DNA from: an uncultured Chromatiales bacterium
GTDB lineage: Bacteria > Pseudomonadota > Gammaproteobacteria > Steroidobacterales > BM003
Assembly: GCA_937128475.1 (NCBI GenBank)
Contig: CAKZML010000273.1
Location: 1-60,381, forward strand
Direction of reading: 5' to 3'
Length of the DNA: 60,381 bases
Part shown: piece by piece, positions 50,240-58,517 of the stretch
Numbering within the stretch: the first letter of the stretch is position 1
Layout of the letters: each line of letters starts with the position of its first letter
The notes under the pieces: model-generated
Told to the model about the DNA's origin: nothing
Database searches by the model: none
What the model saw: the letters and a program-made list of their open reading frames with translations, nothing else
Translations under genes and position numbers: made by a program

Positions 50240-51310
50240 ATGGCCGAACGAGCAAACACCACCTTAAATGGGCGGGATCCGAGGCGCAGCAGGCGCATTC
50301 TGTTCTGGAGCCTTGCCCTGTTACTGCTCAGCACCATGGCGCTACCGATGGCCGGTTACCTGGTCACCGGAGTGAATAGCGTCGAGGCCGCAGCACAACA
50401 GGATTCCAGCAGCAATCCCAGATCTGAATTCTGGCGTGCCGTACGTGGCAGTGAACCTGGCGTTACCCAGGTAAAAGGCCAGGAAACCAACGTGCTGATT
50501 CAGAACGGCGGACAGAACTGGAGAGAGATTCGACAGGGACCATTAACCACCTACGGAGCAATTGCCCTGGGCGTGGTGATCCTGTTGATAGTCATTTTCC
50601 AGGCAGTTGTCGGGAAAGCGAAGCTGGAGACACGAACAGGCAGGACGGTTACACGCTGGTCAATGGTCGATAGGATATTGCACTGGTATGTAGCAATCCT
50701 GTTTATCATTCTCGCGATAACCGGTATGGCGACACTGTACGGGCGAGAGGTCTTGATACCCCTCATGGGCAAGGAGGGCTTTGCGGCCTTCGCAGCTTTC
50801 GCCAAGCCTGTACACAATTACCTGTCGCTGTTCTTCACCGCTGGCGTAACCATCATGTTGCTGAAGTGGATCTCACAGAACATTCCCAATTCCAGTGACA
50901 TTAAATGGATACTCACCGGCGGCGGATATTTCGATGGCGTTCACAGGCCTGCAGGCTTCGTGAATGGCGGCGAAAAGATGTGGTTCTGGATTCTCTTCTG
51001 GGGAAGCGTTGCGATGGTTGGATCAGGTATCTTCCTGCTGTTCCCCAACCTGGACTGGACCCGGGAAACCATGCAGCTGGCAAACATCATCCACGGCATC
51101 AGCAGCCTGGCGTTAATCGCCGGCAGCATCGGCCATATCTACCTTGGCACCATCGGCAACGAAGGCACCCTGGAAGGCATGATCACCGGGGAGGTCGACG
51201 AAGCGTGGGCAAAGCAACACCATGGCCTGTGGCTTGATGAGGTTAAGGGAGAGTCGCCCAGCATTTCTGGCGGCGCAGCTCGCCCCTCTCCTGCGGCACC
51301 TGAAAAATAA
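50240..51310 (+). CDS. fdhC: Formate dehydrogenase gamma subunit (cytochrome b) with an N-terminal extension
   Basis: DRILHW, VHNY, G..NGGEK.WFW and IIHG....GHIY.GTIG.EG.LEGM.TG.VD..WAK.HH..W. Confidence 0.93.
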   Translation: MAERANTTLNGRDPRRSRRILFWSLALLLLSTMALPMAGYLVTGVNSVEAAAQQDSSSNPRSEFWRAVRGSEPGVTQVKGQETNVLIQNGGQNWREIRQGPLTTYGAIALGVVILLIVIFQAVVGKAKLETRTGRTVTRWSMVDRILHWYVAILFIILAITGMATLYGREVLIPLMGKEGFAAFAAFAKPVHNYLSLFFTAGVTIMLLKWISQNIPNSSDIKWILTGGGYFDGVHRPAGFVNGGEKMWFWILFWGSVAMVGSGIFLLFPNLDWTRETMQLANIIHGISSLALIAGSIGHIYLGTIGNEGTLEGMITGEVDEAWAKQHHGLWLDEVKGESPSISGGAARPSPAAPEK

Positions 51311-51327
51311 AGGGCCCTGGAGGCACT

Positions 51328-51362
51328 AAAAAGAAAAGGGGCGCCTGGCGCCCCTTTTTTTA
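51328..51362. terminator. Bidirectional Rho-independent terminator between the two FDH operons
   Basis: AAAAGGGGCGCC-T-GGCGCCCCTTTT with an A-run on the left and a T-run on the right. Confidence 0.9.
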
Positions 51363-51387
51363 TTCCTGATAACCCTTGTTCACCACG

Positions 51388-54156
51388 TTACGAATTCCAG
51401 ATCTCTGCCAGCGCCTCAACCTTGCAGGCGCAATATTTAAACTCGGGTATCTTTCCGTAAGGATCAAGCACCGGATTGGTCAGCTTGTTGACCGCGGCCT
51501 CGGCATAACAGAAGGCAATGAACACCGCCCCGTCCGGTACCGCATCATCACAACGCGCCTTGAGTTCAATTTCTCCGCGGCGTGTAGTCACCCGAATCGG
51601 CCCACCAGGCTCCACGCCCAGCGCCTGCAACTGCCTGGCTGACAAACTGGCCACCGCTTCGGGTTCCAGCTCATCCAGCACTGCCGTTCTGCGGGTCATG
51701 GTCCCGGTATGCCAGTGCTCCAGTTGCCGCCCGGTGGTCAGCACCAGGGGATACTCGGCATCGGGAACCTCGGCCGGTGGGGTGGGAACGGTGGGGACCA
51801 GCAATGCCCGGCCGCCCTCCCTGGGGAATCCGTTTCCGAAAACAATATCCGTACCGGGCTGATCTTCCGCAGGACACGGATAAGTTACGAATCCTTCTCT
51901 TTCCAGCCGGTCCCAGGAAATATTCGCAAACGATGGCATCAACGAGCCCATCTCGGCAAAGACATCCCTGGGGTGGCTGTAATTCCAATCCAGACCCAAA
52001 CCCCGGGCAAGCTCCTGGATAATCCACCAGTCCTGTTTCGCCTCACCGGGAGGATCCAGCGCCGGCCTGCCCAGTTGCACCTGGCGGTTGGTATTGGTGA
52101 CCGTTCCATCTTTTTCAGGCCAGGCAGAAGCCGGCAGCACGACGTCCGCGTGGAAGGCGGTTTCTGTCATGAACAAGTCCTGGACCACCAGGTGTTCCAG
52201 CTTGGCCAGGGCCTGTCGCGCATGCTGGACGTCCGGATCGGACATGGCCGGGTTCTCACCCATGATATACATGCCACGAATCTCACCGGCATGAATGGCG
52301 CCCATGATTTCCACCACGGTCAGGCCACGCTGGGGATCCAGGCTGGTCCCCCAGGCGTCTTCAAACCTGGCACGGGGGTCATCGCCATCCACTGCCTGGT
52401 AGTCCGGGAAAAACATCGGAATCAAGCCGGCATCCGAGGCGCCCTGCACGTTGTTCTGACCACGCAGCGGGTGCAATCCTGTTCCCGGGCGTCCCACGTG
52501 ACCGGTTATGGTGGCCAGGGCGATCAGGCACCTGGCATTGTCGGTTCCGTGACTGTGCTGGGATACACCCATGCCCCAGAAAATGATGCCCGCGCCGGCA
52601 CTCGCATAACAACGGGCCACTTCCCGCAAGCGCTCGGCCTCGATACCGCAAATTGGCGCCATTGCCTCGGGGGTAAATTCCTTCACCCGCTGGCGCAGGT
52701 TTTCAAACCCTTCCGTGTGCCTGGCGACGTAATCGCCGTCCCACAGGTCCTCACTGATAATGACGTTCAATATGGCGTTGAGCATGGCCACATCCGAGCC
52801 AGGCGTGAATTGCAGCATATGGGTCGCGTGACGCTTCAGGGCGGTACCCCGGGGATCCATGACGATGAGCTTCGCACCGGCTTTCACCGCCTGCTTGAAA
52901 AAGGTCGCGGCTACCGGGTGATTCTCTGTGGGATTGGCGCCGATCACGATAATCACGTCGGCCTGGGCCGCCGCAGTGAACGGGGCCGTTACTGCGCCCG
53001 AACCGATGCCCTCAAGTAACGCCGCCACCGACGAGGCGTGACACAGGCGAGTGCAGTGATCCACGTTATTACTGCCGAAGCCGGTACGCACCAGTTTCTG
53101 AAACAGGAAAGCTTCCTCGTTGGAGCCCTTGGCGGAACCAAAGCCTGCAAGCGCCCTGCCCCCGTGCTCATCCCGTATACCGGCCAATCCACCGGCCGCC
53201 TTGCCCAACGCCTCTTCCCAGCTGGCTTCGCGGAAATGGCTGAGGGGATTCGCCGGGTCTACATACCCTGCAGCATCCTTGGGCGCATCGTCACGACGAA
53301 TCAGCGGGCGAGTCAGTCGATGGGGGTGGCGCAGGTAATCCAGCCCAAAGCGTCCTTTGACACACAGACGCCCCTGGTTGGCCGGTCCATCACGACCCTG
53401 CACCGCCACAATATGATCATCGGCCACCTGGTAGGTAACCTGGCAGCCCACACCGCAGTAGGGGCACACGCTGTCTACATTCTTCAATTCCGGTGCGCAC
53501 GCCCTGCCCTGTTCGTCCACCAGGGACTTCTCTATCAACGCTCCGGTAGGACAGGCCTGGACACACTCACCACAGGCCACGCAGGTGCTGTCGCCCATCG
53601 GATCGTCAAAATCAAACACGATCTTGCTGCCGTGTCCGCGACCCGCCATGCCGATCACGTCATTCACCTGCACTTCACGACAGGCCCTGACACACAGGTT
53701 GCAATGAATACACGAATCCAGGAATACGCCCATGGCCGTGTGACTTTGATCCGCCGGCACCGGGTGTCGGGCAGTGAACCGGCTACCGGCCAGTCCCACC
53801 TTGTCACTCCATTGCCAGAATTCCGACTCTGGATCGTGGGCCTGCTCACGCTCGGGCTGATCAGCCATCAACAATTCAAACACCAGTTTCCGGGCATCGC
53901 CGGCCCGATCCGTCTGGGTATGAACTTTCATGTCGGGAGTCGGCTGACGAACGCATGATGCTGCCAACACCCGCTCGCCCTCGATCTCAACCATACATGC
54001 CCGGCAGTTTCCGTCTGATCGATAGCCGGGTTGGCCGCTGTGACACAGGTGAGGAATGCTGGTGCCCTGGCGCCTGGCAACTTCCCAAATGCTCTCCCCT
54101 TCGCCAGCCTCGACCTGCACGCCGTCGAGATAAAATCTGATTGGACCCTGGCTCAT
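51388..54156 (-). CDS. Cytoplasmic NAD-linked formate dehydrogenase alpha subunit (FdhF/Fdh1A type)
   Basis: 2Fe-2S motif (LCH...GNCRAC...SC), two 4Fe-4S motifs (CIHCNLC, CVACGEC), CPYCGVGC, DHCTRLCHAS and LRGQNNVQG; no Tat signal. Confidence 0.93.
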   Translation of the reverse strand: MSQGPIRFYLDGVQVEAGEGESIWEVARRQGTSIPHLCHSGQPGYRSDGNCRACMVEIEGERVLAASCVRQPTPDMKVHTQTDRAGDARKLVFELLMADQPEREQAHDPESEFWQWSDKVGLAGSRFTARHPVPADQSHTAMGVFLDSCIHCNLCVRACREVQVNDVIGMAGRGHGSKIVFDFDDPMGDSTCVACGECVQACPTGALIEKSLVDEQGRACAPELKNVDSVCPYCGVGCQVTYQVADDHIVAVQGRDGPANQGRLCVKGRFGLDYLRHPHRLTRPLIRRDDAPKDAAGYVDPANPLSHFREASWEEALGKAAGGLAGIRDEHGGRALAGFGSAKGSNEEAFLFQKLVRTGFGSNNVDHCTRLCHASSVAALLEGIGSGAVTAPFTAAAQADVIIVIGANPTENHPVAATFFKQAVKAGAKLIVMDPRGTALKRHATHMLQFTPGSDVAMLNAILNVIISEDLWDGDYVARHTEGFENLRQRVKEFTPEAMAPICGIEAERLREVARCYASAGAGIIFWGMGVSQHSHGTDNARCLIALATITGHVGRPGTGLHPLRGQNNVQGASDAGLIPMFFPDYQAVDGDDPRARFEDAWGTSLDPQRGLTVVEIMGAIHAGEIRGMYIMGENPAMSDPDVQHARQALAKLEHLVVQDLFMTETAFHADVVLPASAWPEKDGTVTNTNRQVQLGRPALDPPGEAKQDWWIIQELARGLGLDWNYSHPRDVFAEMGSLMPSFANISWDRLEREGFVTYPCPAEDQPGTDIVFGNGFPREGGRALLVPTVPTPPAEVPDAEYPLVLTTGRQLEHWHTGTMTRRTAVLDELEPEAVASLSARQLQALGVEPGGPIRVTTRRGEIELKARCDDAVPDGAVFIAFCYAEAAVNKLTNPVLDPYGKIPEFKYCACKVEALAEIWNS

Positions 54157-55859
54157 GATTCAAACTCTTCAGGGAAATAACGCAAGGTACACAGCAACGG
54201 ATTTGGTGCCGCCTGCCCCAGTCCGCAAATCGATGCGTCCGCCATGACCGTGGCCAACTCTTCAAGTAACTGGCGGTCCCATTGTTTCTCCTGCATCAAG
54301 GCAACGGCCTTTTCCGTTCCCACCCGGCAGGGAGTGCACTGGCCGCAACTCTCGTCCTCAAAAAATCGCATCAGGTTCAGGGCAAGACCTCGAAGATCAT
54401 CCTGGTCACTGACAATCACCACCGCATGTGAGCCAACGAAACAGTCCTCGGCAGCCAGGGAACCAAAATCCAGCGGCAGGTCCGCCTTGGACGCCGGAAG
54501 TATGCCTCCCGAAGCACCGCCAGGCAGATAGGCCCTGAACTCGTGTCCCGGCAACATGCCGTCACAATATTCATTGATCAACTGGCGGGCGGTGATCCCC
54601 GCCGGCGCCAGCTTTACGCCGGGAGTCTTCACCCGACCAGATACCGAATAACTTCGTAATCCCTTGGCACCGTTACGACCATGACCGGCAAACCATTCGG
54701 AACCCCGCTCCACGATATCCCGCACCCAATGCAGGGTTTCCACGTTATTCACCAGGGTGGGACAGCCGAAAAGTCCACGCTCAGCCACATAGGGTGGTCT
54801 GTGCCTGGGAAGCGCACGCTTGCCCTCGATGGACTCGAGCATGGCGGACTCTTCGCCGCAGATATAGGCCCCTGCGCCACGCCGCAATTGCACCTTCACG
54901 TGAGGCGACAATCCGGCTTCCTGCAATGCAGCTATCTCGGTCTTGAGGATTTTCCTGATCGCCGGGTATTCATCCCGCAGGTAGATAAACAGCGTGTCGG
55001 CCTGGACCACCCACGCGGCAATTAACGCACCTTCCAGCATCCGGTGCGGATCCCGCTCCAGGTGGTAGCGATCCTTGAAGGTGCCGGGCTCGCCTTCATC
55101 GGCATTTACCGCCACATACCGGGGACCGGGGTAACTTCTCACCACCTCCCACTTGGTACCGGTGGGGAATCCTGCTCCACCCAGCCCACGCAACGACGCA
55201 TGCTTGAGTGATTGAATAATTTCCTCGGGACTGCGGGTCTCGGCAAGGCACTGGCCAAGCAATTGATAACCGCCCTGCTCCCGATAACTGTCCAGCCCGA
55301 TGTAAGACGGTATCTGCGGCGCGAGTTGGCCCCGCTCCACCGCATCTGTGACCAGCTGGACACTGGCATGGTCAATATGACGCTGATTGACCGCAACCAC
55401 CGGGGCCGTATCGCAACGGCCCATACACGGGGCGCGCACCACCCTCACCTGCCCGGCCAGTCGCGTCTCCAGCTGTGAAGCCAGGCTGGTGGCGCCGGCC
55501 ATTTCACAGCCGGGACTGTCACACACCCTCAAGGTAATGGCCGGGGGCGGCGACTGATCTTCTTTTACGATAGTGAAGTGAGCATAGAATGTGGCCACTT
55601 CATAAACTTCGGCCTGGGCGAGGTTCATTCGCTCTGCCAGGGCCGCCAGGTGAGCAGCCGAAAGATAGCCATAGCTGTCATGAATCACATGCAGGTATTC
55701 GATCAGCATGTCCCGACGAGGTGGTTCCGAACCAAGCAGCTCATCCAGCTCTTCCCGAGAACCAGCCAGAACATGGCGTCCTCGCGGTGCCACCCGGGTT
55801 TTCTTTTTGCTTTTGCCAGGATGTCCGCGTCCGGCACTGGAGGTGGATTGCACCGTCAT
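54153..55859 (-). CDS. NAD-linked FDH beta subunit (fused NuoE-like plus NuoF-like, FMN/NADH-binding)
   Basis: VATFY, CDS..C, CMGRC, LRGLGGAGFP.G.KW, NADEGEPGTFKD, GAGAYICGEE and ESCGQCTPC...CGLG. Confidence 0.93.
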   Translation of the reverse strand: MTVQSTSSAGRGHPGKSKKKTRVAPRGRHVLAGSREELDELLGSEPPRRDMLIEYLHVIHDSYGYLSAAHLAALAERMNLAQAEVYEVATFYAHFTIVKEDQSPPPAITLRVCDSPGCEMAGATSLASQLETRLAGQVRVVRAPCMGRCDTAPVVAVNQRHIDHASVQLVTDAVERGQLAPQIPSYIGLDSYREQGGYQLLGQCLAETRSPEEIIQSLKHASLRGLGGAGFPTGTKWEVVRSYPGPRYVAVNADEGEPGTFKDRYHLERDPHRMLEGALIAAWVVQADTLFIYLRDEYPAIRKILKTEIAALQEAGLSPHVKVQLRRGAGAYICGEESAMLESIEGKRALPRHRPPYVAERGLFGCPTLVNNVETLHWVRDIVERGSEWFAGHGRNGAKGLRSYSVSGRVKTPGVKLAPAGITARQLINEYCDGMLPGHEFRAYLPGGASGGILPASKADLPLDFGSLAAEDCFVGSHAVVIVSDQDDLRGLALNLMRFFEDESCGQCTPCRVGTEKAVALMQEKQWDRQLLEELATVMADASICGLGQAAPNPLLCTLRYFPEEFES

Positions 55860-55888
55860 CTTTTCGTCCTTTTAACCTGCTCAGTGTC

Positions 55889-55903
55889 GCAGTTACCGGG
55901 CCA
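55889..55903 (-). promoter_or_regulatory. Candidate sigma-54 promoter of the NAD-linked FDH operon
   Basis: Minus strand TGGCCCGGTAACTGC (GG-N10-GC), 30 bp upstream of the start codon. Confidence 0.55.
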
Positions 55904-56193
55904 CGAAGCGGTTTCCGAATGGCCATGTAAGCGCAAAATCATGCTTTTGAGCATAGGTGCTGAAATTTTAATAGGCAACTTCCAGAATCCCTGTCCCTGC
56001 TCGCTACCCCTGGCCGCCGCCAGTAACCCCATGCACCAGTTCACTACCAACTGCTACAGAACTAGCCCGGCAGTCGCCAAAGACCTGGGCGAAGTCATCC
56101 GCGCAATGCCCGCCTGCAATGAACAGCGGCATTAACGGGCGCTCTTCCAGGAAGAAGCCGGTCACAGTGTTTGGGTCGCCGGCCATTAGGTCG

Positions 56194-56745
56194 CTAGTCC
56201 CGGGACAGACCAAGATAGTTATTTTTTATAGTCACATAGTGCTCGGCGGAATAACGCAGGCGCTGAATTTCCTCTTCAGCCAGTTCCCTTACCGGGCGTG
56301 CCGGGGCGCCCCGGTACAAATGTCCCGACAGCAGGCGCTTACCCGGTGAGACCAGGCTGCCCGCGGCAAGCAGGACATCGTCTTCGATCACCGCTCCGTC
56401 CAGGACAATGGCGCCTATGCCTATCAGGCAGCGATTTCCTACCGTGCAGGCATGCAGGGTGACCTGGTGACCAACGGTTACGTCATCGCCGATATACAAG
56501 CCACGCCCGCCGGGGCTAAAGGGACCGTCGTGGGTTACGTGCAACACCGCGTTATCCTGCACGTTGGTGCGATTGCCGATGTGAATTTCATGCACATCCC
56601 CGCGCACCGCGGCCCCGGGCCAGAACGAGCAATCATCGCCAATGGTCACGTCACCGATCAACGCCGACAGCGGATCAACATAAACTCGTTCGCCAAACTT
56701 CGGGGTGCTGTTGTTATAGGGGCGAACTGCGCTGCTATCTGACAT
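56194..56745 (-). CDS. yrdA: Gamma-carbonic-anhydrase-family protein (YrdA-like)
   Basis: Hexapeptide repeats; RGDV, TNVQDN.VLHVTH and TVGH...LH.C. Confidence 0.9.
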   Translation of the reverse strand: MSDSSAVRPYNNSTPKFGERVYVDPLSALIGDVTIGDDCSFWPGAAVRGDVHEIHIGNRTNVQDNAVLHVTHDGPFSPGGRGLYIGDDVTVGHQVTLHACTVGNRCLIGIGAIVLDGAVIEDDVLLAAGSLVSPGKRLLSGHLYRGAPARPVRELAEEEIQRLRYSAEHYVTIKNNYLGLSRD

Positions 56746-56764
56746 CAAAAACTCCGGTGCGCGT

Positions 56765-58123
56765 CTAGCGCATGGTCACCAATTCTTCAGCACTGGTGGG
56801 GTGGATAGCAATAGTATCGTCAAAGTCGCGCTTGCATGCACCCATTCGTATCGCCACCGCGAATCCCTGCATCATTTCGTCGGCGCCATCACCGATTACG
56901 TGGCACCCGACCACACGTTCCTCTTCGCCAACGGTTATCAGTTTCATGCTCGCGCGTACTTTGCGCTCCATCAGGGCGTAGTACATGGGAACAAATTCCG
57001 AGGTATAAACCCGCACTTGCTGATCGGGGTATTGCGCCCTTGCCTGGGGCTCGCTCAGTCCCACGGTTCCAATAGGAGGATGAGTAAATATGGCCGTGGC
57101 GATGGTCTGGTAATCCAGGTAGCGCCCGGGCATCCCTCCGAACAGGCGATCTGACAATCGGCGTCCGGCTGCAATAGCTACCGGCGTCAGGGCCTCACGG
57201 CCCGTGATATCGCCAATCGCGAAGGTCCCGGCAAGGCTGGTTTCCTGAAACTTGTCGGTCTGGATAAATCCCCGGTCATCGGTCTCGATGCCCACATCGG
57301 CCAGCCCAAGTCCACCCACATTGGGCGCCCGCCCGATGGCCCACACCAACTCGTCCATCTCCGAATGACGGCGCCCATCCCGGGTGACCAGGGTCAGCCC
57401 GTCTTCGTTGCGTTCAAGGCAGGAGGGGGTAGCGTTGCTCACCACCCGGATTCCGTCCTGCTCCATCTGTGCCAGGAGCTTTTCCTGCAACATCGGGTCA
57501 AAACTTCTAAGCACGGAATCAAAACGCACGAAAATCGTGACTTCACTGCCCAGGGCCCGGAATACCCCCGCCAACTCGGTGGCAATGTATCCGCTACCCA
57601 CGATGCCCACCCGCCGGGGCCGTGAGTGCAAGGTGTTGAAAAAATCATCGGAGGTCATGCCCAGTTCCGCCCCCGGAATATCCGGTATAACCGGGTAGCC
57701 TCCGGTGGCCAGAACCACGCAGTCGGCGCTGAGCTCCCGGTCGTCGACGGTTATCCGGCCAGGACCGGTAATTCTACCAAAGCCTTTGAATACATTGATA
57801 TTTTTGCGTTCCAGGTTGCCGGCGTAGATCCCGTTAAGACGTGCAACATAGGCATCCCGGCTACGACGCAGGGCTTCCCAGTCATGGCCGTTAAGGTTCA
57901 CATCAAAACCGTACGCCGCAGCATCTTCGAGGGCATGGGCCTGGTGCGCGGCATACCACATGACTTTCTTGGGTACACAGCCCACGTTCACGCAGGTGCC
58001 ACCCAGCCTGCCGGCCTCAATGACCGCACAGCGCTTGCCATACTCGGCAGCGCGCTGGACCATGGCCAGGCCACCACTGCCACCGCCAATGGCTATCACA
58101 TCGTATTTGCTGTTCTCGGACAT
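56765..58123 (-). CDS. gor: Glutathione reductase
   Basis: Motifs GGGSGG, GGTCVNVGCVPKK, GSGYIA.E, LTPVAIAAGR and IHPTSAEE. Confidence 0.97.
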   Translation of the reverse strand: MSENSKYDVIAIGGGSGGLAMVQRAAEYGKRCAVIEAGRLGGTCVNVGCVPKKVMWYAAHQAHALEDAAAYGFDVNLNGHDWEALRRSRDAYVARLNGIYAGNLERKNINVFKGFGRITGPGRITVDDRELSADCVVLATGGYPVIPDIPGAELGMTSDDFFNTLHSRPRRVGIVGSGYIATELAGVFRALGSEVTIFVRFDSVLRSFDPMLQEKLLAQMEQDGIRVVSNATPSCLERNEDGLTLVTRDGRRHSEMDELVWAIGRAPNVGGLGLADVGIETDDRGFIQTDKFQETSLAGTFAIGDITGREALTPVAIAAGRRLSDRLFGGMPGRYLDYQTIATAIFTHPPIGTVGLSEPQARAQYPDQQVRVYTSEFVPMYYALMERKVRASMKLITVGEEERVVGCHVIGDGADEMMQGFAVAIRMGACKRDFDDTIAIHPTSAEELVTMR

Positions 58124-58517
58124 CTGTTACTCCGGCATTACCTTGTTGGCCCGTCCTGGGCCGCATATCGAGCCCCGGTCGAGCGTCAGTGTACTTCAGG
58201 CCAACCCGCCATCCCACCATGGCTGAAAACACCCGCGGAGGCACTGCAAACCGCTTACCCCACAGTCACTGGCGACAGCAGCATTCCAAGTGTTTACACT
58301 CTCCTGTTGAAAAGATCCCCAGGCTTGGTAGGTCGCAAACCACATGCGTGCTTTGGCAGGCGGTTTTAACAGCCTTCACCTGCAAATTGTCGCAACTCGG
58401 GACACAAACTGGCGCGTAAGACAGCACTCGCATAAAATCAGGCATATTCGCTATATATGACCGTAAATGACCGTATAGGGAAATTCAGTCAGAAGAACGC
58501 TGATATAAAAAAGGAAA

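Noticed and set aside
51709-53019. Long antisense ORFs (436 aa here; also 33368-34462, 46847-47956, 24742-25698, 35143-36051, 53038-53958)
   Set aside because: They lie opposite well-supported genes in GC-rich DNA with biased codon usage and show no protein motifs.
58290-58360. Glycine or c-di-GMP riboswitch suggested by GGAGAG and GCAAAC fragments
   Set aside because: The remaining conserved elements and stems could not be found.
58449-58473. ModE box (CGCTATATA half-site)
   Set aside because: Only one good half-site, located at gor/prlC rather than at tup/moa genes; no modE in the window.
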